A stretch of 64,000 bases of DNA from the human T2T-CHM13v2.0 reference genome, Homo sapiens, in the NCBI RefSeq assembly GCF_009914755.1, contig NC_060935.1. One strand, 5' to 3'. The notes beneath the pieces are model-generated. The model searched no databases and was not told where the DNA came from. It worked only from the letters and a program-made list of their open reading frames with translations. Below, in pieces: positions 1-14,737 of the stretch. The position numbers and the translations under genes were made by a program. The number at the start of each line of letters is the position of its first letter. The stretch's first letter is position 1.

Positions 1-355
<355 letters not shown>

Positions 356-623
356 TGTGGGTTTGAATTTCAAATTCTGTGTAACCCCAAGACAAGAATG
401 CTGTCTCTCTGACTGTGGTAACAATAGCTTCCTAGGCTTTTCCAGTGGTTAGTTTAATACAAAATGTGTAACAGAAAGTCTAGCACAAATCCATAGTTAC
501 TTAATATTGGCCTACTATCGCCAGAATGGGGAGCATTCTATAGGCTCCCAGAATGATGTGACTAGATGTTCACTTGTCCTAGGGAGTACGAAGTTCAAGG
601 AAAAAAATAAGAAGATGCACTAA

Positions 624-929
<306 letters not shown>

Positions 930-1149
930 TGACTCTATCCACAGAGAGTATTGTTCACAGATGAATCCTGTCATTTGATAAACTTCTCAGTTTATTTTTG
1001 AGCAAGAAGTTACATTATGCCTATGGTTTAGCAGTAAAATATGAAATATAAAATGACATAAGTTCTTTATTCCTGAAAATTTCCTGCAAAGGAAGACTGA
1101 TTACTTTCTGTAGAAATGGTTCCACTATGGGTAGTAGAGTTAGAACAGA

Positions 1150-1333
1150 TCCATGGCTTCCAAATTGTGGAGAATGGAAGATATAACAACTCCCAACCCT
1201 AACCCAGATATAAAGAACTCAGAATTTTCTAAGAATGAGACCCAGAAATCTGTGTTTTTTAACACAGTTCACAGATGAATCTAATGCAGCTAGCCTGGCA
1301 CTGGTCTGTGATCAGGTTTGGAACTATTGGGCT
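1150..1333. mobile_element. MER5-like hAT-Charlie fragment
   Basis: CCCAGAAATCTGTGTTTTTTAAC...AGATGAATCTAATGCA...GTTTGGAACTATTG resembles MER5A/B. Confidence 0.45.
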
Positions 1334-1462
1334 AAATATATCTTAACCCTTCCAACCAAAACCTTTAGATTCTAATTTTATAGTTTAGGGTTTCCTTTAG
1401 GTGTTGCAAAATTCCATCTTTGATCATTCAATTCTGTTTTCTCCCCTCTTGCTTCTGACTAG

Positions 1463-1567
<105 letters not shown>

Positions 1568-2488
1568 TGACTTACAAGCTTTTTATTTGATTTAAGTAAC
1601 CATGAGATATTTCCTCTAGAAGAAGATGGAATTTTTTGATTACCATGGTGCCTTTGTTAGAAAATGTTTAAGCCAAAAGAAAGCTTTATTTTTAATCAAC
1701 AGTGAAGGTTGCATTAAAGTAATATAAACTCTTATTTTTATTTATTTATTTATTTTGGTTCCATGGCTAGCAAGGTTTTTAAAAAATTTTATTTGACAAA
1801 TAATAATTATCTATATTTATGAGGTACAATATAATGTTTTGAACACAATCTTTTAAATATGCATTTTTGTTACTTTTCTTTCCTGTGAAGATTTCACTGG
1901 GACATCTAAATGCTATATCCTCTGCAGTTTATTCTACATGCTGTGTATTATTTCTGAATATTACTAAAAGGTGAACTTTGTAAAAATATCGATGTGTCAT
2001 GTAATCTAGGCATAAAAATAGATTGTAAGTGAAATGATGGAGACTTTCAGGTCAATACATGAAAGATTGCTCTCTGATCAAAACACAGCAATAATGAATA
2101 CATTATAAAAAGAGAAAACTAAACTGACAGTTTATCTCAAATAGTAGATGAAAATTGTCATGGATAAAAAGAGAAAGAATTATAAAATCGTAAGTCTACG
2201 ATCCTTCAGGGCTCCTAGTTAGGAAATGACTGTGTCAGGGTTTGGCATGCAATACAAAGTGGAGTAAAAGTGCTCCACTTAAGACAGAGGCCCATCCACT
2301 TTAACTGCACTTGAAGCCAGAGACTGGGTTTATTCTCACTCATGAAAGAAGACTGAAAACACCATCCCTGCACCTTCCCACCTCCAATATACACACAATT
2401 TCATAGTGCCACTTAGGGCTCTATTTCAAGTACTAACAAAAGAAGAACATGGACTTATCCTTACAAATGGTAATAAATGTAAGCCTAG

Positions 2489-2864
<376 letters not shown>

Positions 2865-3099
2865 TAGCTCTAGATTGAGAACCCAGAGGACTGAATGGAG
2901 GCAATACCTAAACCAAACAGAAGATGGGGGATACATATACACAGAGAGGGAGAGAGACAAAAGACAGGGGAGGTAAAAGAATAAAAAAATTTTAAAAAAA
3001 AAACAAGCAAATTAACAACAACAACAACAACAAAAACCCTGAACCTTCCTAATAACGAAAATTTCAAAATGTGGTAATATTTAATGCTACAAAGGCTGT

Positions 3100-4790
3100 G
3101 AACAAAATCAATTATTAGAAAGTGAACTTACCCCAGCTGATATTTCTAACTAGAATATTCTGGAAAAGCCCTTAAAAAATGATGTTGACAATACTAACAA
3201 CATAAGGAAAGGTGATACTGTCATTAAAATAGATCAGGAAATAAATAAAAACTGACAGAAATGAAATAAGAATAAGTAAATATGAAATGGAAGCAATTAC
3301 ACATAAGTGAAAAATTATACCTTAAATAATGAGTACAACAAGATGGGAAAATTCCAGAGTACAGTTCCAGCCTGGACATGGTTGAAGAATGTATTAGTGA
3401 ATTGGAAAATAATAGTGAGAAATTCCTACCTTGTACAGTGTAACAAATATATGACATTTAATAAAAATAAAATAAGGGTATGTTAGATTAAGAGGCTTCC
3501 ACATTAATCTACTAGTAGTTCCAGAAAAAGTTAATTGAGTCAATGCTGAAGGAAAAAAATATTCGAATAGGTAATTGCTGAACATTTTTCAAAAATGAGG
3601 AAAAACACAAGTTTCAGAAATGGAAACAAATTCTGAGTATGAATCAAGATAATAGAATTCAATTCATACCCAGATTCATTATGGTGAAACTACAGAACAC
3701 CAAAGATAAACAGACAATCTTTAAAAATCTTAGATGAAAAAGATTAACTTTATTCAAATGAATGACATCTACACTATCATCAGTTTCTCATCAATAGCAT
3801 TAGATGCCAAAAGATAATGTTTTCAAGGTTCTCAGTGAAAATAGTGTTCCCCTTTCATTTCTAGAACCAGGTTAACTATTATTTAAAGTGCTGGTAAAAT
3901 AGACATTTTTAGACATGAAAAGACTAGGAGAGTTTGCATGTAAAATTGTCACGGAAAGAACTACTGAAAGATTTTCTTGAGCAAAAAGAGATCACAAAGT
4001 GAAAGTACAGGATGCAAGAAACATTGGTTAGCACAGAATTTGTTAGCTCCAAACAAATGAAATTATTTGGTAGACTCTAAAGTCATATAGAATTTGTGTG
4101 GGGAGAACTACAAAATCCTGATTAAAGAAATTGTAAAACTATATAAATGGAGAGAAATATCATGTTGGTGGTCAATTATCCCCAAATTGATATATAGATT
4201 TATTGTTATTATAATCAAAATATCAGCAGGATTTTTATAGGTATAGACAAGTGGATTCTAAAATTTATATGGATGGCCAAGGAACTAAAATAACCCAAAC
4301 AAGTATGATAAAAGAAGAATAAAGCTGTAGGAAACACCCTACTCAATTTTAAGGCTTACTACAAACTATATTAATCAAGACAATGTAGGATTGGTGAAGG
4401 GATAGTTATATAAACTAATGGAATGGAGTAGAGATTGTAGAAACAGATATTACAGAAATTTGTGCTCTAGCCAAATATGACCATTTAATTTAAGACAGGT
4501 GCAAAAACAATTCATTGATGAAAGAGTAGTCTTTTTCGTAAATGGTGTTGGAAAAATTGGACATCGCATATGCAAAATAATGAAACTCTATGTGAAACTT
4601 GCTCCTCATTCATAAATGAACTCAAAATGGATCATAGACAAAACTATTTTTTAAAAAGCAAGGAAGTGATTATTATAAAATTTAAGATAATGGTTATGGA
4701 TGTGGGGATTGAAGAATTTATAAATGGAATGAAGCACATGAAAGAGCTTCCGAAATTTCTAGCCATGTTCTGTTTCTTGAACTGAGTGAT
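3100..4790 (+). mobile_element. Old degenerate L1 (L1M) fragments
   Basis: A-rich sequence with decayed ORF1/ORF2 motifs, e.g. ATTCTAAAATTTATATGGA and AAATGGTGTTGGAAAAATTGGACATC. Boundaries approximate. Confidence 0.6.
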
Positions 4791-5272
4791 CTCTTTTCCA
4801 TTGTGACTCCAGTTAGAGTATGCTCGTCTGTTTGATAGTGTCTCAGAAATCACAGGTGCTTTTTCCTCTTTACATCATTCATTTTTCCTCTTTGTGTTTT
4901 GGTTTGAGTATAAGCAATATACAAATGTTCCTCTTAATCCACATTTGCTACAGTACTTCATATTGTCTTATTAATTTTTGCCAACTGGGGGTTATAAATG
5001 ATATCTCATTTTAGTCTAATTTTGCATTTTTCTGATTAACAACATGAATAAGTATTTTTGGCCATATTTGTTTCCTTTTCAATTAAATGCTTGTTCATGT
5101 TGTTTAACCATTTTCCTACTTGTCAATCTTTTTTCAATTTATTTCTATGAATACTTTTAAACTTCTGGTTACTGGTTTTTGTTTATTTGCTTCTTTTTTG
5201 GTTATATATGTTGAAAATATTTTATTCTAACATAAATGTTATCTTTTTATTTTTTAATAATATGTTTAGGTC

Positions 5273-5479
5273 ACAGTTTCACAACCACAGAATTACTGAT
5301 ATAATTCTTAGTTGTGGGGTGTGGGTTATCCTTTGGATTGTAAGATGTTTGACAGCATCCTTGGACTCTATCCACTAGATGCCAGTAACTCATCCCTCTC
5401 CAGTTGGGACAACCAAAATATCTCCAGAGAGTGCAATTGTGTCATTGTGGGCAAAATTACTCCCAGTTGGAAACCACGG
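5273..5479 (-). mobile_element. MER20 DNA transposon
   Basis: CAGCATCCTTGGACTCTATCCACTAGATGCCAGTA...GGGCAAAATTACTCCCAGTTGGAAACCAC matches the MER20 reverse complement. Confidence 0.8.
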
Positions 5480-6139
5480 CTTTAGATGAACAAAATTACA
5501 TAACTTTAATGTGGTAGAATTTATCAATCTTTTATTTTATGTGTTAGCATTTTTAAAGAATTGTTTAAGAAATATTTTCCTACCCAGGATTATAAGACAT
5601 TTTCATTATTATTTACTATATCGGTTAAAGTTATGCAAAAAGTAAGGTCCTAGGCAAAATACTGGATATGCAGATGTACTGATAAAAAGTTATATGGAAA
5701 CACACACACATACACAAAGATATTCTCATATACTTACTTCTAAATTTTTTATACATTTTAACATTATTGTTTTTCACTTTCAAATTCTAAATATACGTGG
5801 ATGGGATTTTTACGTTTGATATGAGATACAAGTCTGTTTTTTACATATATGTGTATATATATGTATAAACTATATATTTGTATAAATCCTTATATTACCA
5901 TTTATTGAAAAGTTCCTTTTTCGTATGCTCCATCATCTACAATACTCTTCATCTACATACAATATTATCTACAATACTTTTTATGCCATATAAACACTAT
6001 CTACATACCATATAAATATCTACAATTATATATATATATATAAAATCTATCTACAATTATACCAAGTGCAAGGCTATTTCAAGTTTTCCACTCTATCCCA
6101 AGATTTGTTTATCCCTGTACCAGTACAACAATCTCTCTC

Positions 6140-6572
6140 TTTTTTTTTAACTGTTCAGAGGTACATGTGCAGATTTGTTACACAAGTAACTTGTGTCATG
6201 GGGGTTTGTTGTATAGATTATTTTATCATCCAGGTATTAAATCTAATACCCAGTACTTATTCTTCCTGATCCTCTCCCTCTTCTGACACTCCACCTTCTG
6301 ATAGGCCCCAGTGTCTGCTGTTCCCCTCTATGTGTCTGTTTGTTTTCATCATTTAGCTCCCACTTATAAGTGAGAACATGTGGTATTTGGTTCTTGCATT
6401 AGTTTGCTAAGGATAATGGCCTCCAGCTCCATCCATGTTCCTGCAAAGAACATGATCTTGTTCTTTTCTATGGATGCCTAGCATTCCATGGTGTATGTGT
6501 ACCACATTTGCTTTATCCACTCTACCACTGATGGACATTTAGGTTGATTCCATGTCTTTGCTATTGTGAATA
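6140..6572 (-). mobile_element. 5'-truncated older L1PA/L1PB 3' end
   Basis: GGTACATGTGCAGATTTGTTACA...CCCACTTATAAGTGAGAACATG; TSD CAGTACAACAATCTCT (6121-6136) / CAGTACTACAATCTCT (6573-6588). Confidence 0.85.
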
Positions 6573-7250
6573 CAGTACTACAATCTCTTAATTAATATAG
6601 CTTTCTAAATCTTGATATCTGGTGGGGCAACATTTATCAACTTATTTTTTATCTGTAGAACTGTCTTGGCTATTCTTGGTCTTTTATCAATCTATATAGA
6701 TTTTATAAACATCTTGTCAGATTTTACATGGAAAAATAATTTGGCTTTTTCATTGAAATTATATTTTAATTGTTTCAATATAAACAGTTGACTTTTTTTT
6801 TTAATAATACTGAGCCTTCTTACTCGTCAACATTTAAATTGGACCTTAATGAATTCTAATAAATATTTTAAACTTCTACATATAGGTCTTATAAATCTTT
6901 TGTCACATCAGTGTCTAGGTACTTTTTAATTGCTATTGTAAATGATATCTTTTTAGAATATATATGTTTTCTACTTGTGTGTTGTGGGTGTATAGGAATG
7001 AAATATATTAATAAACCCTAATATTGTTTCTACTCATTTTTGTCTAACTTCACTTGGGTTTTCTATTCAGACAATCACATCACTGTTAATAATCACAGAT
7101 TTCTCCTTTATTTCCAAATATTTTGCCTTTCTTATTTTATTTTACTGGCTAAGATCTCCAGCAATCTTGAATGTGATCATGCAAGTGCTTATTTTGTTCT
7201 TGATTCTAAAGGAAATGCTTCAGACTTTTCCCAAGTAAGAATGCTGTTTG

Positions 7251-7530
7251 CAGCCTGGTGCATTGGCTCATGCCTGTAATCCTAACATTTTGGGAGGCTG
7301 AGGAGGGAGGATTGCTTGAGCTCAGGAGTTCAAGACCAGCCTGGGCAACATAATGGGACCCCGTCATGTGGAATAAAATTTAAAAATTAGCTAGGCATGG
7401 AGGCACATGCCTTTAGTCCCAGCTACTTGAGAGGTGGAGGCAGGAGAAAAGGTCAAGGCCGCAGTGAGCTGTGATCACACCACTGCACTCCAGCCTGAGT
7501 GGCAGAGTGAGACCCTGTCTCAAAAAAGAA
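7251..7530 (+). mobile_element. AluJ-like element
   Basis: GGAGGATTGCTTGAGCTCAGGAGTTCAAGACCAGCCTGGGCAAC and GCAGTGAGCTGTGATC are AluJ features. Confidence 0.88.
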
Positions 7531-8118
7531 AGAAGACAGACATAGAGAAAGAAAAAAGGAGAGAGGGAGAGAGAGAGAAAAGGAAAGAAGGAGGGAAGGA
7601 AGGACGGAAGGAAGCAAGGAAGGAAGGGAGGGATTAAAGAAAGGAAAGGAAAGGAAGGGAGAAAGGAAAGGAAAGGGAAGGGATGGGAAGGGAAGAGAAG
7701 GAAAAGGGAAGGGAAGGGAAGAGAAGGGAAGAAGGAAAGAAGAAAGGAAGGAAGGAAGGAGAAAAAAAGAAAGAGAAGGAAAAGGGAAGGGAAGGGAAGA
7801 GAAGGGAAGAAGGAAAGAAGAAAGGAAGGAAGGAAGGAGAAAAAAAGAAAGAGAAGGAAAAGGGAAGGGAAGGGAAGAGAAGGGAAAGGAAGAAGGAAAG
7901 AAGAAAGGAAGGAAGGAAGGAGAAAAAAAGAGAAGGAAAAGAGAAGGGAAGGGAAGAGAAGGGAAAGGAAGAAGGAAGGAAGGAGAAAAAAGAAAAGAAA
8001 GGAAAGAAAAAAAGAAAAGGAAGGAAAGAAAAAAAGAAAAGGAAGGAAAGAAAAAAAGAAAAGGAAGGAAAGAAAAAAAGAAAAGGAAAGAAAAAAAGAA
8101 AGAAAGAGAAAGAAAGAG
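7531..8118 (+). repeat. GA-rich polypurine tract with internal 78-bp tandem duplication
   Basis: Almost pure A/G; GGAA, GAAAG and GGGAA sub-arrays; continues from the Alu tail. Confidence 0.95.
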
Positions 8119-8762
8119 TTTGCCCTAGGATTTTAGTAGATATTTCTGATAAGACTGAAATAATTTTTTTCTATTTCTACTTTTCTTTCCTAAGTAGGTT
8201 TTAATAGGTCCTTAAAATATATCAAATGCATTTTTCTGCATCAATTGAGATGATTTTATGTTTTTCACCTCAAACCAGTCAATGTGATATATTTATTGAT
8301 TTGCTAATTTTTCTTTCTTAAAAAGCCTCTTTTTAAAAAAAGTGGTACATTATCATAATATATCATCTTTTTATATAGCATGGAATTTAGTTGGTTAAAA
8401 TTTTGTTTAATGTTATTCCATTTATTTTCATATTATGTAAGTCATTTCCTATTATAGTCAATTTCATATTTGTTTGAATTTTCTTCTGAGCATCATGACA
8501 GCATCAGGATTAGTAAGTGGTCTTAGTGGTAACTCTCTCCTCCACTTATTCCTTAGCCAAACTGTCTCTGAGTAAATATATTTCTCTGAGCAGAGTAAAG
8601 ATTGTCTCATTTTCTCAATCACCCTAATAAAGAACTCTTGACTTCTGCATGTGTCATGAAAAGAACACCAGATTTTGACTTGCGCTTTGGCTGGTGTCAT
8701 TTCTCTTTGCTCTGTGATCTTAAGTTATTTAATCTCTAATTTCTGCCAGTTTCCAGATCTAA

Positions 8763-8969
<207 letters not shown>

Positions 8970-9586
8970 TAACCACTGTTTTGAAACATAGAGTTGGCAT
9001 GAATGAGTGGTTTTTCAGCTCCAGATACTTCTTTCTGCCTTGCACATGGTAGGTGTTCAATAAATCTTTGACTGGTTGGCAAAAAAGATGAGTGGAGGGA
9101 TATAAAGAAAATTTGTTCCCTATTTCCCTGTTCCATCAAATAGACTGCAGAATAAAGTTTAGCTTCAAAACACCAATCTCAGAGACATAATTCCTGTTAA
9201 TTGAATGTTAATATTGTTGAACCAAATCAAGTAAGAGTCATTTTTTAACACCCATCTCAAATTCGCTTTGATGGCTATTTCTCCATTTGTTTGCCTCAGT
9301 GACAGCTCAAAGATAGAATAAGTAGCCTGGAAAACATTTCCAGAGTTTGACTTGCAATTAGTATATGTCCTTTCTGTGAGGCTAAAAATAAGGCTAAAAG
9401 CGATTGTGTAAGGGAAATATAAGCTGAACACAAGAAACATCCAAAACATTGCAAGGTTTGAACAGAGAAGAGACCCTTGAGGAGCAGCTTTCAGAGAGAT
9501 TTTTCGGGGAACTGCTTATATGGTCTGCTCAGAGCGTTTTCCCTCAAGCAACTTTCTCTGTTTCTCTCGCAGAATTAAGGAAACTG

Positions 9587-9867
9587 TTTGAGACAGAGTC
9601 TCGCTCTGTCGCTCAGGCTGGAGCGCAGCTGCCCAATCTCGGCTCACTGCAGCCTCCGCCTGCTGGGTTCAAGCGATTCTCCTGCTTCAGGAGAATTGCC
9701 TGTAGCTGGGACTACAGGTGCGTGCCATCACGCCCGGCTAATTTTTGTATTTTTAGTAGAGTCGGGGTTTCACCATGTTGATGGCCTCGATCTCCTGACC
9801 TCATGATTCTCCCGCCTCGGCCTCCCAAAGTGCTGGGATTACAGGCGTGAGCCACAGCGCCCAGCCA
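9587..9867 (-). mobile_element. AluS/Y-like element with almost no tail and internal rearrangements
   Basis: TTTGAGACAGAGTCTCGCTCTGTCGC...GCCACAGCGCCCAGCC; AGGAAA on both flanks. Confidence 0.92.
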
Positions 9868-10820
9868 GGAAAATAATTTTCTTACCTTTCAAGGCCCATA
9901 AAACCGTGGTAGGATACATGAGATGAGCCAAAATTCTTCATACTTCTCCAGTGTAATACATTATGTGATACATGGATTGAAATATAAATTTAGGACAAAT
10001 AGAAGCTATTTTATAGAACTCTTTGTAAAATCAGATAATCTTTGCCTTATAAGGTGATAAGGCTATGATTTTTAATTGTGTAAGTTTCAAATGAGTTTGC
10101 ACATATGTACATCAGAGATTACTACTGAAATTAAAAAGTTGAAACAAAGGTTTCATAAGATTGTTTACCACTTATTAAGACATAATTAATTTATTCTGAA
10201 AACTATATTATCTCTAATTTTGAAACAATTCTGCAGAGTATTCATTATTCTACACATTTTATTGTTGTGAATTCTGAAACTTGCATAGGTTAATAAATTT
10301 TTTATGGGCCACAAAGATTTTAGGTAAAGATATTAGATGTGAACCTAGAAAGTTCATGCTGCTTCTACATAATACTTCCTCTTCATTTTCTACCTCGTAG
10401 GTTAGGTAGAGAAAGCAGGAAAAAAAGGAGGTGAATATGTATTTTTTTCACTTGATAAGACGGATTCAGTCAGATGAGAGATGCTAAATTCCAGAAATAT
10501 TTGAGATATATTTAAAAATGGAGGAATAACGGAAATTTTTTTCCTTTAATGGAAAGCCATTTCCATTAAATGGCTTATTATTTTTTTCTTCAATCATGTG
10601 GGAAAGTTGGGCTGTTAATAGCATGGGTTATTTTACCCTAAACATTGTTGGAAACAAAAGAATAAAAATGTGGAGATAAGCCAGCTTACACAGGTGTGGT
10701 CCTCTGTTGAGTCTTAATGAGGAGAGAGAATAAAATTTATTTAGAAAGATGTCATGATAGTAAGGAGAATAAAGACCTTAACAAATTTCTTATTCTAGAA
10801 AATGTATATTTCCTTTTCCG

Positions 10821-10821
<1 letters not shown>

Positions 10822-10867
<46 letters not shown>
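10822..10867. repeat. (CA)n microsatellite, ~23 units
   Basis: Perfect CA run. Confidence 0.97.
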
Positions 10868-10868
<1 letters not shown>

Positions 10869-11231
10869 CTGGCTGCTGGGATTATACAACTGAATCAGTC
10901 ATCATTCCTGATCTCAAAAATTAGATGGGCTAGCAAGATAGAAAAACTTGGTTACCTCACTAAATTGCTAATATAGATGTAAAGACTAGACAAGCATAAA
11001 CCTAAGCTTAGCCCATAATAAAAGGCAAAGAGGAATAGAATCTTCCTTGTAACAAGCATATCTCTAAAGGAAGAGCAAAGAAAGAACTCAGCCATGCATG
11101 CCCAGTTTCTCCTTCCAGTTCTAGCAAGCAGGTAAGTCACTGTGCCTCCTGTGGTAGAGGAGGAACTGGACAGACGGATGGAAGCCTGGATTGTCGTATT
11201 CGTGTGGATCACTCCAAAACGAAGGAAGTAG

Positions 11232-11534
<303 letters not shown>

Positions 11535-12678
11535 TGACTTTGTATTTCATTTTGGGGGGTGTGGGGAGATGTGAATGATGCTTAATCTTTACATGATTTC
11601 ATTATGGTGATACTTTATAAAGCTAAAACATTCCGAAATTGTTATGCGCTAACCAATATAGAAAAACCTATGTCATGCAAACTCTTAGAAATACAAGGAC
11701 AATTATAAAATTACTCTCATTGAAGTATCATGACACAGTTTCACAGCATGTGACAAAGCAGACAGAAAATAAGTAACAGTATAATGTGTTTGAATAAAAC
11801 AATTAAAAATTGATTATATTTGTATACTACAGAGAATATACATTTACCTGTTGTGTTTATGAAACAATTATTAAAATGTAAGAACAATAAATTTCCAAAA
11901 GCATAACTTTTACAATGCATTTTCACCTACAATATACTTTATAAATTGAAGTTGATAATAAGATAATCAAAAAGAAAATCTAACACTTTTAAGTAGGCAT
12001 CCTATAAGAGAAAACAGAATTGAAATCATAGAGCTTAATTTAAATGAAAGCCTGTAGGAATGAGCCAAAACCACTATTACAGATAACTCCATTGCCATAC
12101 ATTTTTAATTATTAAAAGAAGACTGGAAAATAAGCTGAGTATATAACTTAAGACACTGTCAAAAATTGTAAATCAAATTGATAGTAGTAAAAAAGAATAA
12201 AGATGTAATCAGAAATAATCAAATTAGAAAACAAAAAGCAGTATAATTGCTAAGTAAATCAAGAGCTAGTTTACTGGAAAGACAAAGTAAGTAAAACTCT
12301 GAAAAAAAGTATGAGAGACTCTTGTGTCCTCATTTACTCCAATAAATTTTGAAATATATTTGAAATGACCACTTTTTTAGAAAGCAAAAATTGCCAGATC
12401 TATTCAGTGAGTAATAGAAAGCCTGAATGTACCATTAGCCATAGAAGTTACATTAGATTTTTTTTAAAGCGTAGCACTAAAATTATAAGTGCCAGAGCCA
12501 GATGGTTTTTAATTGACTTATCTAATCTAAAAGAAATATGCTATTTATACTATTCCAGAACTTAGGAAAGGATACAAAATTATCATTCCCATGGAATCAA
12601 ATACTGAAATTAATTGCACCCAACTGTGAGAAATTTACAAACACATGATATTCTGCTTCTTCATTCCTTTCCTGTTAA

Positions 12679-12685
<7 letters not shown>

Positions 12686-12714
<29 letters not shown>
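12686..12714. repeat. (AC)n microsatellite
   Basis: Perfect AC run. Confidence 0.95.
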
Positions 12715-12716
<2 letters not shown>

Positions 12717-13014
12717 GCAGTCCTACCTCATTGAGTTAGTCTAAGAAAGTTAATTTGGTTAAAGATAGTAGAACTGTGCTGTGAAACAATAAGAAATGTA
12801 AGAAATAGAAAGCCTTGATGGAAAGAACATGGTTCGTAGAGACAGATACATTTCGGTCTGACTCTCTACTTAGCCACTTTGTAGCTATGAAATCTTGGAA
12901 TACTGATCACACACTGTAAATGAGCTACTTTGTGTTTCAGGACAAAGACTTGCATATTACTATGATTTATAATAGTATTTAATCATTTTGCATCTATATA
13001 ATTTATGGTACTGA

Positions 13015-13269
<255 letters not shown>

Positions 13270-13441
13270 TGATTTGTTTGTTTGTTTGTTTAGGTTTTAG
13301 TTTTATCCCTTAAGCGTATTTCTTAAGTTATCTATTACCTTTCTGTCTTACAATATAAAGGATTTTCTTAGGGCAACAAAAATCCTGTATAAATAAAGTG
13401 TATCCATTCTAGAATTCACACATTGCATGATTCAGATTTGA

Positions 13442-13511
13442 AAAGGTAAAATGGCAAAAACTAAGATTATGGGTAAAGGTAAAATGGCAAAAACTAAGAT
13501 TATGGGTAAAG
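13442..13511. repeat. Perfect 33-bp tandem duplication
   Basis: AAAGGTAAAATGGCAAAAACTAAGATTATGGGT x2 plus AAAG. Confidence 0.95.
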
Positions 13512-13830
13512 ATAACATTAATTCAAACTTTTTTCTTACTTTCTAATGTATCAAAAGGATTTGTCACCAACAAGTGCCCCTTAGTCCAAAGCTGCAATAA
13601 TCTATAGATCATACAACATTGTCAAATTGTATATACATTTAACTTACTTGAATTTATCTTTGTCCTCAGAAAAGAGAGTGAGACAGTGAAATATAATATG
13701 ATCAGTTCACCACCTATCCTACTAAAAGGTTTTATACTGTATAGGGAATATAAAATTGCATATGTGAACCTACTGTTTTTACACTCAGTGTATCATGTAC
13801 TGTGGGATCTTTTCACCATACAATTTAAAG

Positions 13831-13858
<28 letters not shown>
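13831..13858. repeat. (AC)n microsatellite
   Basis: Perfect AC run. Confidence 0.95.
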
Positions 13859-13861
<3 letters not shown>

Positions 13862-14578
13862 TATCAAGGCCACTTAATTTAAACCAGCTGTTTCATTTGA
13901 GACTCCAAACAAAAAAGAGCAAAATATTGCAAGACAAGCAGACATTATTATATTGTTATATTACATATTTGAGTATAGTTAAATCATAGCCTAATGTGTT
14001 TAAGAGCATGGCCACTGGTGTCAGATTTCTGGATGTCATTACCCCTTAGCTGGACTAAATATTTGAGGAGGACAGTATCCAGTGACTTTATAGAAGAGAA
14101 TGAACTCACAAAGTTGAACATTAAGAAAACTTCAGAATTGTGTTAAGAAAAACAAAGCAATACAGCATCAGAACAGCCAAGAGAAAATAGAGTTCCAAGA
14201 AGATAGAAGTGGCCTATATATAATATTCTTATTTTTGAAAGTCAAATCAAAGGATTAAAATATACCTGCAGTTTAAGGATAGGAGAGAAGGAAAGGACTG
14301 GGAGTGTTAAGGAAGTGGGAAAAGAGGAAGTGGAAGCAGCAAATTTTGAATAACTCATTTGAGAAGCTTGTCTTTGAAGGGCAAGAGAGAAGTTCCTCTT
14401 GTGTATTTCTTCTTAGATCTATTTTGCACATAAGTAGCATATACCCTGACTTTATGTGAACAAGAAAGATAAATGTTTCATAATATCAGTTAACTTTGAC
14501 CTGATTTTTCTGATCAACTAGAAAGGTCTGTTAAGAGAAATAAGAAATTATGTGAGGTCTCTCTAGTTGAAGCTATAA

Positions 14579-14737
<159 letters not shown>

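Noticed and set aside
7683-8204. 173-aa K/R/E/G-rich ORF
   Set aside because: Translation of a purine-only simple repeat that cannot contain stops; intronic with no splice or homology support.
9449-9806. ORFs of 72-110 aa here and at other Alus (2426, 32665, 37269, 38982, 48662)
   Set aside because: Standard Alu-derived open frames.
13442-13511. CRISPR-like direct repeats of ~30-33 bp (also 57574-57633)
   Set aside because: Only two adjacent copies with no spacers and no cas genes, in primate DNA; these are simple tandem duplications.
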